Positions 18,234 to 27,326 of a stretch of 64,000 bases of DNA are shown piece after piece. The DNA comes from Rhodoglobus sp. (GTDB taxonomy: Bacteria; Actinomycetota; Actinomycetes; Actinomycetales; Microbacteriaceae), in the NCBI GenBank assembly GCA_046155245.1, contig JBJXDR010000113.1:4878-68877 (forward strand), written 5' to 3'. The position numbers were made by a program, and so were the translations under genes. Below the pieces are notes generated by a model, which was given only the letters and a program-made list of their open reading frames with translations, was not told the origin of the DNA and ran no database searches. Numbering within the stretch: position 1 is the stretch's first letter; every line of letters begins with the position of its first letter.

Positions 18234-19556
18234 TCATGCGTCGATGCCCGCGAACGCCTCGTCGAGCGCGTCAGCGGCGACCTCGACGATGAGGTCGGGA
18301 CGCTTCGCGTAGTGCCCTTCCGTGATGTCGGTACTGCTGTGCCCGAGCAGGTCGCGTGCGACCTCGACGCCAGCCGTGTCCGATACCGCCGCAGCGACCG
18401 CCTTGCGGAGGCTGCGGAAGGTGAGATGCTCGGCGTCGACCCCAATAGCCAGCAGTTCCGGCTCGAACTCGCGGCGGAACATCCTGAGCAACTCGCCGAC
18501 CGCGCTGGGGTCGCGCGGACGGCCGCGCTCGGTCGTGAACAGTACGTCGTCTGGATTCCGTTCGGGGTCGGGAACGTGGCTCGCCACGAGTTCGCTCAGT
18601 ACCTTCGCCGCGAACTTCGGAACGCGAACCCAACGCTTCTGCCGCTCCGCTTTGGGCGAGTCCTGGCGAAACAGGCCGCGGGACTTGGTGCGAACCATCG
18701 TCCCGCCGACCCAGACGAGCGCCTCCATCGTGAGGCTTCCATCCGATTGTTCCACCGCCTCGAACCGCACGTCCTGGAGCCGGATCGCAATCGGTTCTGC
18801 GGTCCTCTCGGAGGTGCCGAGCGTGATGAGGATGTAGTCGGCGAGCAGCTTGTAGTTGGGCCGTCGGCCCACCGGATACCGTTTCCGGTGCCGCTCGGGC
18901 CACACCTCGCGGATGAGGTGGAGGATGTACTTGACCTGCACCGCGTCGAGTTCGAAGTACACCGTGTCCGGCTCGTCCGCTCGTCTGGTCGCACGGATCG
19001 GGTTCGCCACGACGACCGCTCCGTACCGTGTGTTCTGGATCGACCCGGCAGCCGAGAAATGCCCCTGCTGGATCGCCCAGTCGAACATGAGCGACATCAC
19101 GTTCCGAACCTTGTTCGCGGTCGTCACCGACTTCTCCCGTGCGATGTCCATAAGCAACCCATCAGCACGGTCGGCGGTGATGTCAGCGATGGCGATGGCC
19201 CCGGCGCGCGGGATGACATGCGCTCGGACCACCGAGGCGTAGCCATCGACGGTCTGCTCGCGGCGCTGGCGCAGCACCCGCGGATCGTCGTCGTGATACG
19301 CCGTCTGAAGCCACGTCGTCGCCAGCTCGGCGACGGTCATGAGCTGTGTTCGTCGCGCCAGGACTCGACCGACTGCGGCATCGGCCGCTTCCTGCAACGC
19401 GGCCAGCGCCTCGGCTTCGGTCGCTCCGCTACCGCTCGGACGACGCTCGTGCCCGTTGCCGTCGTAGACCCGTCCTCGCGCGATGACGAGACCGCTCGGC
19501 TCGACGGTGTAGGTCACCTTGCCGAGTTCGCCGAGCGCACGCTTCGGCCGCGCCAT
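18234..19556 (-). CDS. Tyrosine recombinase / integrase
   Basis: R..E (ERTAE), FRSLRK, LLGHSS...HY catalytic set. Confidence 0.92.
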   Translation of the reverse strand: MARPKRALGELGKVTYTVEPSGLVIARGRVYDGNGHERRPSGSGATEAEALAALQEAADAAVGRVLARRTQLMTVAELATTWLQTAYHDDDPRVLRQRREQTVDGYASVVRAHVIPRAGAIAIADITADRADGLLMDIAREKSVTTANKVRNVMSLMFDWAIQQGHFSAAGSIQNTRYGAVVVANPIRATRRADEPDTVYFELDAVQVKYILHLIREVWPERHRKRYPVGRRPNYKLLADYILITLGTSERTAEPIAIRLQDVRFEAVEQSDGSLTMEALVWVGGTMVRTKSRGLFRQDSPKAERQKRWVRVPKFAAKVLSELVASHVPDPERNPDDVLFTTERGRPRDPSAVGELLRMFRREFEPELLAIGVDAEHLTFRSLRKAVAAAVSDTAGVEVARDLLGHSSTDITEGHYAKRPDLIVEVAADALDEAFAGIDA

Positions 19557-19780
19557 CAGTCGCGCGCCCTGTCCGTCGGGGCCACGATCCGCCCCGCGAT
19601 GAACGCCTCGACATCCTCATCGCGGTAGCGGACGTTGTGCGTCGAGAGTGCGACGAACGGCAACCCGAGACCTCGGCTGCGCGCGCGCTCTGTCCGCCAG
19701 TCAGCGAGCGTCCTGATCGGGATGCCCGTGTACTCGACAAGCTCCTGCGGAGTCCACAGGCGGGGGCGGTCGTCGCTCAT
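19556..19780 (-). CDS. Excisionase-like HTH protein
   Basis: LWTPQELVEYTGIPIRTLADWR...VRYRDEDV MerR/AlpA-type HTH; TGATG overlap with integrase start. Confidence 0.85.
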   Translation of the reverse strand: MSDDRPRLWTPQELVEYTGIPIRTLADWRTERARSRGLGLPFVALSTHNVRYRDEDVEAFIAGRIVAPTDRARD

Positions 19781-19967
19781 ACCAATGAGGTAGGCGGCAC
19801 CACCCGTCGACCTCCAGCGAACCCCGTAGGACGGCCAAGAATCGAGTAAACGGACGGGTTCTCGGACAAGCTTGGTAACGACCCTGGTCATGCTTGGCAT
19901 TGCACTTCCCTGTCTTTCTCGGGAAGTGCGGCCCCAGCGAGCGCCCTGCGGTTCTCAGATCCTCAAG

Positions 19968-19990
19968 CCGAGCTGTACTTCTCGGTGTAG
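19968..19990 (+). other. attR of the ICE: duplicated 3' end of type I glnA
   Basis: GAG CTG TAC TTC TCG GTG TAG = ELYFSV*, matching the glnA1 C-terminus pattern; CCGAG-N8-CTCGG inverted repeat. Confidence 0.75.
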
Positions 19991-20000
19991 TCGCTACACA

Positions 20001-20038
20001 GCACGAACGGCCGTCCCTTCGGGGGCGGCCGTTCGTGC
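20001..20038 (+). terminator. Strong hairpin, probably the glnA1 terminator
   Basis: GCACGAACGGCCGTCCC-TTCG-GGGGCGGCCGTTCGTGC: 17-bp stem with one G-U pair and a C(UUCG)G loop; no long U tract. Confidence 0.75.
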
Positions 20039-20062
20039 GGAGACGGTAGTAGCCGGAGAGTT

Positions 20063-20138
20063 CATTACTTTTGCGTAATGGTCACGTTGTCCACTACGAG
20101 AAAGTAATGAACAGTGCTATCATTACGTTATTGTAATG
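20063..20138. promoter_or_regulatory. Three palindromic operators upstream of hipBA
   Basis: CA(T/C)TAC-N6-GTAATG starting at 20063, 20092 and 20121 (29-bp period). Confidence 0.8.
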
Positions 20139-20146
20139 GAGGGGCT

Positions 20147-20365
20147 ATGAAGGGGATTGCCCGAAGGCCGCAGGACTTGGGCGAGATTGTGCGAACGATC
20201 CGACTCGCACACAAGATCTCGCAGGACGACTTGGCTGCCCAACTAGGGGTCACGCAGCGATACCTCTCCGAGCTAGAACGCGGCAAGCCGAAGATACTTG
20301 ACGACCGCTACTTCACTGTGCTGAGCAGACTCGGAATCACGATCATGTACACGACAAATGACTAA
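20147..20365 (+). CDS. XRE-family HTH antitoxin (HipB-like)
   Basis: ISQDDLAAQLGVTQRYLSELERGK; GGAGG RBS; overlaps hipA start. Confidence 0.85.
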   Translation: MKGIARRPQDLGEIVRTIRLAHKISQDDLAAQLGVTQRYLSELERGKPKILDDRYFTVLSRLGITIMYTTND

Positions 20366-21668
20366 GGTCCTGCCTGCATACCTCTACGGCCGGCACATCG
20401 CTAATCTCCAACGCGGGGCGCGGGGCATAGAGGTCGACTGGTCGCCAGCCAGTTCCCGAGTTCGTGGGAAGGCCGAGATTTCTGCGAGCCTACCGACTGG
20501 AATAGCGCCAGCGGAAGCAGCGGCGGACAACTTCTTTGGGGGGCTCTTGCCGGAAGGGCCATGGCTCGACCGTCTAGCCAATGAGGTGGGTGTTCACCAT
20601 TCCGACATCTTCGGACTGCTGGACAACGTTGGGGGAGACCTTGCCGGCGCTCTAACCATCGGACACACCCGTGATCACAGGCCACCGGAGCGACTAGATC
20701 CGGCTCAGCTCCCACAGCTACTGGAGCAGGCGAGCGGGTACTTCATCGGCGGTGGCGGTTCCGCACTGCCGGGCTACCAGCGAAAGATCACCCTGACCCG
20801 GATGAACGACGAGTGGTGGTTGGGAAATGGAACGCTCCCGTCAACACATATCCTCAAGCCGTCACCCGACTTAAACTCTCGAGTCACCGATTCTGAGGCA
20901 TATCTCCTCACGTTGTCCCGCGCCCTAGGACTGACGACCTTCGATTCCTGGACGGAGAACATTGGCGGATTGAGTGTCGTTGTGATCGAGCGGTACGACC
21001 GCGAACAGTCGATGAGTGACGAGCCAGCAAAACGACTGCATCAGGAAGACGCGGCCCAGGCATTGGGCCTGCCTTGGCTATCGGACGCGAAATTCCAGCG
21101 CAACGACGCCCGCGCAAACCTCGCGGCAATCGCAAATCTACTCGATACTGAACGTACGATTTTCGACACCAGCGAACCAGAACGAATCCGTCTTCTGCGA
21201 TATGTGACCTTCAATTTCGCATCGGGCAACACAGACGCCCACGCAAAGAACTACTCGATACTCCGACCTGACGGATCCCCCGCAAGACTTGCGCCCTTGT
21301 ATGACCTCATGCCTCTCGCCGTACTGTCTGAAGGGCGTCTTGGTCTGCCGTTGTGGATCAACGGCAAACGAATGAGCAACGAAGTCACGGTCAGCGACCT
21401 CATGATGGAAGCTGGAACCTGGGGAGTGGCGTCCGCAGAGGCGGAGCTAGCAATCACCGATACGCTGCAGAGGCTCGCGGCCGCCGTGCGAGACATTCCA
21501 GCGCCGAGATCAATTGCAGCTCTCCTACCTGGCTTTGTTCGCACTCAAGCCAACGCGTTGCTCGACGGGAAGCCAGCACGCATAGAGGGTCCGGTCCCCG
21601 CGTACTTCCGGAACCGGATCGGAACGCCCGGCGGCGAAGTCGCCGCACCAACTCCCTCGCAGCCTTAG
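20358..21668 (+). CDS. hipA: HipA-family serine/threonine kinase toxin
   Basis: LLPEG, SALPGYQRK, RLHQED, GNTDAHAKN, LAPLYD motifs. Confidence 0.92.
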   Translation: MTKVLPAYLYGRHIANLQRGARGIEVDWSPASSRVRGKAEISASLPTGIAPAEAAADNFFGGLLPEGPWLDRLANEVGVHHSDIFGLLDNVGGDLAGALTIGHTRDHRPPERLDPAQLPQLLEQASGYFIGGGGSALPGYQRKITLTRMNDEWWLGNGTLPSTHILKPSPDLNSRVTDSEAYLLTLSRALGLTTFDSWTENIGGLSVVVIERYDREQSMSDEPAKRLHQEDAAQALGLPWLSDAKFQRNDARANLAAIANLLDTERTIFDTSEPERIRLLRYVTFNFASGNTDAHAKNYSILRPDGSPARLAPLYDLMPLAVLSEGRLGLPLWINGKRMSNEVTVSDLMMEAGTWGVASAEAELAITDTLQRLAAAVRDIPAPRSIAALLPGFVRTQANALLDGKPARIEGPVPAYFRNRIGTPGGEVAAPTPSQP

Positions 21669-21762
21669 GCGTCCCCAGGGACTCGGCACGGCACTGGCCA
21701 GACCCGGGCAGCGTCCTATCAGGGACGGCCGCTCGTGGGTTGTTGGGCCGCGGAGTGCTTGT

Positions 21763-24708
21763 CTATCCTGCGCTGGGCCCCCGCCGCGCCCCGTAGAAGC
21801 GCTTCTCGAAGACCTGGCGCGCGAGCCGGGTCGTGCGCAGGTAGTCCTCCTCGAAGACGCTCGCCGAGCCGGGCGGGTATTCGAGCAGGCGTGCCACGCC
21901 TTCGAGCGCTCTTCGATCGGTCGGGAGCACGTCGGAGGTCTTGGCGGTCCAGAGCGTCATCCCCGACCGGGCACGGGAGGCAAGCATCCACGCGTTGTGC
22001 AGCCGCGCGGCGTCAGCAGTCGTGACGAGTCCCGCGCGCTCGGCCGCGGCCAGTGCGCGCAACGTCGACGTGGTGCGCAGCCCCTCGACTCGCGCCCCGT
22101 GCTCGAGCTGCAGCAGCTGCACGAACCACTCGACGTCGCTGAGCGACCCGCGCCCGAGCTTGAGGTGGCGAGCGGGGTCGGCGGCCTGAGGCAGTCGCTC
22201 GGTCTCGACCCGCGCCTTGATGCGCCTGATTTCGCGGAGGTCCTGCTCCGCGATCGTCGACGGGTAGCGTACATCGTTGACGAGCTCCTCCCACGCCGCG
22301 AGCACGGCTCGGTCGCCCACCACGATGCGCGCCCGAAGCAGCGCCTGCGCCTCCCACGTCAACGACCACCGCTCGTAGTACGCGCGGTAGCTGTCGAGCG
22401 AACGCACTATCGCGCCGTTCCGACCCTCGGGGCGCAGGCCGAGGTCAAGATCGAGCGGCACCCGCAGGTCCTCGGTGAGGCGACTGATCGAGTGGACTAT
22501 CGCTTCGGCGCGCTGGTGCGCCTCGTCGTCGGATGCCCCGGCCGCTCGGTACACGTACATGACGTCGGCATCCGACCCGAACCCCAACTCGGCGCCGCCG
22601 TAGCGGCCCATCGCGATGATGCCGAACTCGAGGCCGTCGCCGTACCGGTGAGCCAACGAGAGCACTCCACTGAGGATGACCGTGGTGACATCCGACAGCG
22701 CGACGCCGAGCTCCTCGATCGACACAACGCCGAGCATCGAGCCGAGCGCCAAACGAAGTATCTCCCGCCGGCGGGCCGTGCGCAGTGCGAGAGCCGCGCC
22801 GTCTACATCGCCTTCATGCCGGGCGACTGTCGCAATCGACTCCTCGAGCAGCACCGGATACGGGCGAGGCCGCAGCTCCTCCTCGTTCTCAAGCCATGCG
22901 GCGGCTTCGGGGATGCGTTCGAAGATCGCGCCGACGAACCGTGATCCCGACAACACCTGCGTCATGCGTTGTGCTGCCGCACTCGAGTCACGGAGCATGC
23001 GCAGGAACCAGTACGCCTCACCGAGATCCTCACTGAGGCGACGGAAGGCGAGAAGCCCGTAGTCCGGGTCCGCACCCTCGGCGAACCACTGCAGCATCAC
23101 CGGCAAAAGGTTGCGCTGAATGATTGCCCGACGCGATACCCCCCCGGTCAGCGCGGCGATGTGCTTGAGGGCGCCCCGGGGGTCGCTGAACCCGATAGCC
23201 GCGAGTCGCGCCTCGGCCTGTTCGCTCGAGAGCGTGAGGCCTTCGTCAGGCAAGGCAGCGACCGCCGACAGCAGAGGGCGATAGAAGAGTCGCTCGTGAA
23301 GGCTGCGCACTGCCTGCTTGGTGCGTTGCCACTGTTGGACGAGCTCGTCGGCGGTGGTCACGATGCCGGACGCCCGCGCGAGGATGCGCAGGGCATCCGG
23401 GTCGGTCGGCATGAGGTGCGTGCGGCGTAAGCGGCTCAACTGGAGCCGGTGCTCGAGCAGGCGCAGAAACCGGTAGTCGCCGGAGAACTCGCCCGCCTCG
23501 ACCCGGCCGATGTACCCGTGCTCAGCGAGTGCCTCGAGCGCGGGCAGGGTTGCGACCTGCCGCACGCCGGGATCCGTCTGCCCGTGCACAAGCTGAAGGA
23601 GCTGGATCGTGAATTCCACGTCACGCAGACCCCCGGGGCCGAGCTTGAGTTGCACATCGAGCTCGTTGGCGGGGATGTTGGCGGTGACCCTCTCGCGCAT
23701 CCGCTGCACTGAATCGACGAAGTTCTCGCGGGAGGCGCTCGACCACACCTTCGGCGCCAGAGCGTCGACGTACTGCTGGCCGAGGTCGAGATCACCGGCG
23801 AGCGGACGCGCCTTGAGCAATGCCTGGAACTCCCAACTCTTGGCCCACCGGTCGTAGTAGGCCAAATGTGAATCGAGAGTGCGCACGAGCGCGCCGTCCT
23901 TGCCCTCCGGGCGCAGGTTCGCGTCTACCTCCCACAGGCCGGGCTCGGTCGCCAGGTCGTGGATGCCCCGCATCGTCTGCACTGCCAGCCCAGTGGCGAT
24001 CGTCACGGCCCGGTCGTGCGCAAGGGGGGACTCGTCCTCGAGGGCTCCGCCCTCCCCCACGAAGATGACGTCGACATCGGACACGTAGTTGAGTTCGCGC
24101 GCACCGGCTTTGCCCATTCCGATGATCGCAAGTCGAGTTGCGGCGACCTCGTTCGCCGGGAACTTGACGTCACGTCGCGCGACCGCGAGAGCCGCGTCCA
24201 GTGCAGCACCGGCGAGGTCGGCCAGCGCGGCGGCGACAACAGAAACCGCGGCGATCGGGTCGGCCTGCTCGAGGTCCCACGCGGTCAGTTGCACGAGGTG
24301 TCGGCGGTAGCGCACCCGAAGCGCGACCCATGCCTTGTCACCCTTGAGTCCGTCGACGGCATTCAGGAGATCCGCTCCGTACTCGGAGGCGGGAGCCGAG
24401 ATGGGCTCCGCCAGTGCGTGCAGCTCGCCCGCGTGGCGCGCGAGAAAGTCACCGAGACCCGAGGAGGCACCGAGCACACGAATGAGGCGCTGCGCGGCAT
24501 CCGGAATCTTCAGCAGCGCCGCGAGCTCTGCAGCGGCGTGCTCGTGCAGGGCGACGAGGTAGCGCAACGCCTGGTCGGGATCGGCAGCCAGCGCGAAGTG
24601 CGGTACTAGAGCAGGTGCATCCAGTGCCTCGAGGCGACGCGACGTCTCGTCCAGCTCGGCAAAACCGAGGCGGGCGAGTTCGGTCAGCGTCGTCGGTGGC
24701 CGGGACAT
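21763..24708 (-). CDS. glnE: Bifunctional glutamine synthetase adenylyltransferase/adenylyl-removing enzyme
   Basis: MGKAGARELNYVSDVD and MGRYGGAELGFGSDAD duplicated NTase motifs; LRPEG. Confidence 0.97.
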   Translation of the reverse strand: MSRPPTTLTELARLGFAELDETSRRLEALDAPALVPHFALAADPDQALRYLVALHEHAAAELAALLKIPDAAQRLIRVLGASSGLGDFLARHAGELHALAEPISAPASEYGADLLNAVDGLKGDKAWVALRVRYRRHLVQLTAWDLEQADPIAAVSVVAAALADLAGAALDAALAVARRDVKFPANEVAATRLAIIGMGKAGARELNYVSDVDVIFVGEGGALEDESPLAHDRAVTIATGLAVQTMRGIHDLATEPGLWEVDANLRPEGKDGALVRTLDSHLAYYDRWAKSWEFQALLKARPLAGDLDLGQQYVDALAPKVWSSASRENFVDSVQRMRERVTANIPANELDVQLKLGPGGLRDVEFTIQLLQLVHGQTDPGVRQVATLPALEALAEHGYIGRVEAGEFSGDYRFLRLLEHRLQLSRLRRTHLMPTDPDALRILARASGIVTTADELVQQWQRTKQAVRSLHERLFYRPLLSAVAALPDEGLTLSSEQAEARLAAIGFSDPRGALKHIAALTGGVSRRAIIQRNLLPVMLQWFAEGADPDYGLLAFRRLSEDLGEAYWFLRMLRDSSAAAQRMTQVLSGSRFVGAIFERIPEAAAWLENEEELRPRPYPVLLEESIATVARHEGDVDGAALALRTARRREILRLALGSMLGVVSIEELGVALSDVTTVILSGVLSLAHRYGDGLEFGIIAMGRYGGAELGFGSDADVMYVYRAAGASDDEAHQRAEAIVHSISRLTEDLRVPLDLDLGLRPEGRNGAIVRSLDSYRAYYERWSLTWEAQALLRARIVVGDRAVLAAWEELVNDVRYPSTIAEQDLREIRRIKARVETERLPQAADPARHLKLGRGSLSDVEWFVQLLQLEHGARVEGLRTTSTLRALAAAERAGLVTTADAARLHNAWMLASRARSGMTLWTAKTSDVLPTDRRALEGVARLLEYPPGSASVFEEDYLRTTRLARQVFEKRFYGARRGPSAG

Positions 24709-24726
24709 GGCGGGAGGGGGCACGAG

Positions 24727-26064
24727 CTAAAGGATCTCGAGGTTGCTCTCCAACTCGTACGGCGTGACCTGCGCACGGTACTGGCTCCACTCGCGGCGCT
24801 TGTTCAACAGCACGTAGTTGAAGACCTGCTCGCCGAGGGTCTCGGCGACCAGCTCGGAGTCCTCCATGAGGGAGACGGCGTGGTCGAGGCTCGCGGGCAG
24901 CTGGTTGTAGCCCAGTGCGCGCCGTTCCGCGTCGGAGAGCTCCCAGACGTTGTTCTCGGCCTCGGGCGGCAGCTCGTAGCCCTCCTCGATGCCCTTGAGT
25001 CCGGCCGCAAGCAGCAGTGAGAACGTGAGGTACGGGTTCGCCGCGGAGTCGATCGCCCGGTACTCGACGCGCGCGCTTTGCCCCTTGTTCGGCTTGTAGA
25101 GCGGCACGCGCACGAGTGCCGAGCGGTTGTTGTGTCCCCAGGTCACGAAGCTCGGCGCCTCGTCACCACCCCACAGCCGCTTATACGAGTTCACGAACTG
25201 GTTCGTCACCGCTGTGATCTCGGGCGCGTGGTGCAACAGCCCGGCGACAAACTGCTTGCCGATCTTCGAGAGCTGGTAGTGGCCGGATGCGTCGTAGAAC
25301 GCGTTCGAGTCCCCCTCGAATAGCGACAGGTGGGTGTGCATGCCCGATCCCGGATGCCCCGACATCGGCTTCGGCATGAAGGTCGCGTACACCCCCTGCT
25401 CGATTGCGACCTCCTTGATTACCGTGCGGAAGGTCATGATGTTGTCGGCGGTCGTGAGCGCGTCGGCGTAGCGCAGATCGATCTCGTTCTGCCCAGGCCC
25501 GGCTTCGTGGTGGCTGAACTCCACCGAGATGCCGAGATCCTCGAGCATCCGCACCGACCGGCGGCGGAAGTCGTGGGCCGTGCCACCGGGCACGTTATCG
25601 AAGAAGCCTGCCGCGTCGACAGGCTGCGGCTGTCCGTTCTTCAGCTCGGTCGACTTGAGCAGGTAGAACTCGATCTCGGGATGCGTGTAGAACGAGAAGC
25701 CGCGATCGGCAGCCTTGGCGAGAGCTCGCTTGAGCACGTTGCGAGGGTCGGCGATGGCGGGCTGGCCGTCGGGGGTCGTGATGTCGCAGAACATGCGAGC
25801 GGTCGGGTCCACCTCGCCGCGCCATGGGAGGATCTGGAACGTCGCCGGGTCGGGGTGGGCGAGCATGTCGGCCTCGTAGGCGCGCGTGAAGCCCTCGATG
25901 GCCGAGCCGTCGAAGCCGAGTCCCTCAGCAAATGCGCCCTCGACCTCGGCGGGAGTGATCGCAACGCTCTTGAGGGTACCCACGACATCCGTGAACCACA
26001 GCCGGATGAACTTGACCCCCCGCTCCTCGATTGTGCGAAGAACGAAGTCACGCTGCTTGTCCAT
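24727..26064 (-). CDS. glnA: Glutamine synthetase (GlnA2 type)
   Basis: MDKQRDFVLRTIEER, FDGSAIEG, HHEAGPGQNEI, GSGMHTH motifs; upstream of glnE. Confidence 0.96.
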   Translation of the reverse strand: MDKQRDFVLRTIEERGVKFIRLWFTDVVGTLKSVAITPAEVEGAFAEGLGFDGSAIEGFTRAYEADMLAHPDPATFQILPWRGEVDPTARMFCDITTPDGQPAIADPRNVLKRALAKAADRGFSFYTHPEIEFYLLKSTELKNGQPQPVDAAGFFDNVPGGTAHDFRRRSVRMLEDLGISVEFSHHEAGPGQNEIDLRYADALTTADNIMTFRTVIKEVAIEQGVYATFMPKPMSGHPGSGMHTHLSLFEGDSNAFYDASGHYQLSKIGKQFVAGLLHHAPEITAVTNQFVNSYKRLWGGDEAPSFVTWGHNNRSALVRVPLYKPNKGQSARVEYRAIDSAANPYLTFSLLLAAGLKGIEEGYELPPEAENNVWELSDAERRALGYNQLPASLDHAVSLMEDSELVAETLGEQVFNYVLLNKRREWSQYRAQVTPYELESNLEIL

Positions 26065-26168
26065 CAAGCTCCTCAGGAAGTCACGCTGTTTGACACGCCG
26101 AAGTGGGCCCCGGGCACCGCTCTTAGGCTACCGGGTCGGGCCATCGGGCACGTCACTAGACTCGGCTC

Positions 26169-26984
26169 ATGGCAGAGCAGGCAGTCAAGCGCGTTCGCAC
26201 CCGGCACTTCCAGAGTGCTAAGGAGAACGGCATCAAGATCACCGGGCTCACGAGCTATGACCAGCTCACGGCCGGGATATTCGACGAGGCGGGCATCGAC
26301 TTCCTGCTCGTCGGGGACTCCGCGGGTAACAACGTGTATGGCTACGACACGACGCTTCCGGTGTCGATCGATGATCTGATCCCGCTCGCGCGCGCGGTCG
26401 CGGGGGCCGTGCAGCGCGCCTTCGTCGTTGCGGACATGCCCTTCGGCTCCTACGAGACCGGGCCCGATGAGGCCCTCCACACGGCCTTTCGATTCATGAA
26501 AGAGACCGGGGCACACGCAGTCAAGCTCGAGGGTGGGGTGCGCAGTGCCGAGCAGATCCGGCGGATCGTGAGCGCGGGCATCCCGGTTATGGCGCATATC
26601 GGGTTCACGCCGCAGAGCGAGCACGGGCTCGGCGGGCACGTGATTCAGGGCCGCGGCGCGCAGCTCCCGCAAATGCACGCCGACGCGCACGCCGTGGAGG
26701 ACGCTGGTGCGTTCGCGGTCGTACTCGAGATGGTGCCCAGCGAGGCCGCCGCCAAGGTCACCGAGGAGCTGAAGATTCCGACGATCGGCGTGGGTGCCGG
26801 CCCCCACGTGGATGGGCAGTTGCTGGTGTGGACCGACTGGGCGGGGTTCACGAAGGGGCGCATCCCGAAGTTCGTGAAGCAGTACGCCAACCTGCGCCAG
26901 AACCTCACGGATGCCGTCACCGCCTACCGCGCCGACGTCGAGGGCGGCAGCTACCCGGGGCCCGAGCACTCGTACGAGGACTGA
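26169..26984 (+). CDS. panB: 3-methyl-2-oxobutanoate hydroxymethyltransferase
   Basis: [32 protein letters not shown]. Confidence 0.97.
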   Translation: MAEQAVKRVRTRHFQSAKENGIKITGLTSYDQLTAGIFDEAGIDFLLVGDSAGNNVYGYDTTLPVSIDDLIPLARAVAGAVQRAFVVADMPFGSYETGPDEALHTAFRFMKETGAHAVKLEGGVRSAEQIRRIVSAGIPVMAHIGFTPQSEHGLGGHVIQGRGAQLPQMHADAHAVEDAGAFAVVLEMVPSEAAAKVTEELKIPTIGVGAGPHVDGQLLVWTDWAGFTKGRIPKFVKQYANLRQNLTDAVTAYRADVEGGSYPGPEHSYED

Positions 26985-26985
26985 C

Positions 26986-27093
26986 ATGACCCGCGGGTGG
27001 GCCCACATCGGTATGGCCGGGTGGGTCTACCCCGACTGGCGCGGCGGCTTCTACCTGAAGGGCCTCACGCAGAAGAACGAGCTCGCCTACTCG
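26986..27093 (+). pseudogene. DUF72-family N-terminal remnant
   Basis: HIGMAGWVYPDWRGGFY..GLTQKNELAY resembles the DUF72 N-terminus; similarity stops after about 36 codons. Confidence 0.65.
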
Positions 27094-27121
27094 ATACGCC
27101 CTTGCGGGCTACTCGACCGAC

Positions 27122-27292
27122 CTAGTCTTCCGAAGCGTCCTCGGCCGCCCACTTGCGCGCGCGCTCCGCGATGATCTCCGGAGCTCGCGCGGCCTCCTCG
27201 CGGCTCGCGAACGGGCCATCGCGGTCGGAGGACAGCGACTGCGCGCCCTCCTCGACCTCGCCGGTCTTGTGGTTGTACCACCAGTCGGTCAT
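27122..27292 (-). CDS. Small conserved actinobacterial protein (often labelled SPOR-like)
   Basis: WWYNHKTGEVEEG...GPFASREEA; GGAGG RBS. Confidence 0.75.
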   Translation of the reverse strand: MTDWWYNHKTGEVEEGAQSLSSDRDGPFASREEAARAPEIIAERARKWAAEDASED

Positions 27293-27326
27293 CCAGTGCC
27301 TCCCTCGCGAAACTAGACTCAAGACT

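Larger units (their letters stand above)
1..19990. mobile_element. Integrative conjugative element (actinobacterial T4SS-type), right portion; left end and relaxase lie outside the window
   Basis: Co-oriented conjugation genes (VirB6/VirB4/VirD4-like, pilin-like, M23), ssb, methylase-helicase, TA pair, tyrosine integrase + excisionase, ending at an att-like sequence at 19968-19990. Confidence 0.9.

Noticed and set aside
1-19990. oriT and relaxase
   Set aside because: No relaxase motif or convincing nic site in the window; probably further left
21669-21762. Possible att site or ncRNA between hipA and glnE
   Set aside because: No repeat partner, tRNA-like sequence or convincing structure; a better att candidate is at 19968-19990
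26080-26096. GlnR box upstream of glnA2
   Set aside because: Only one good GTNAC half-site and the spacing does not fit
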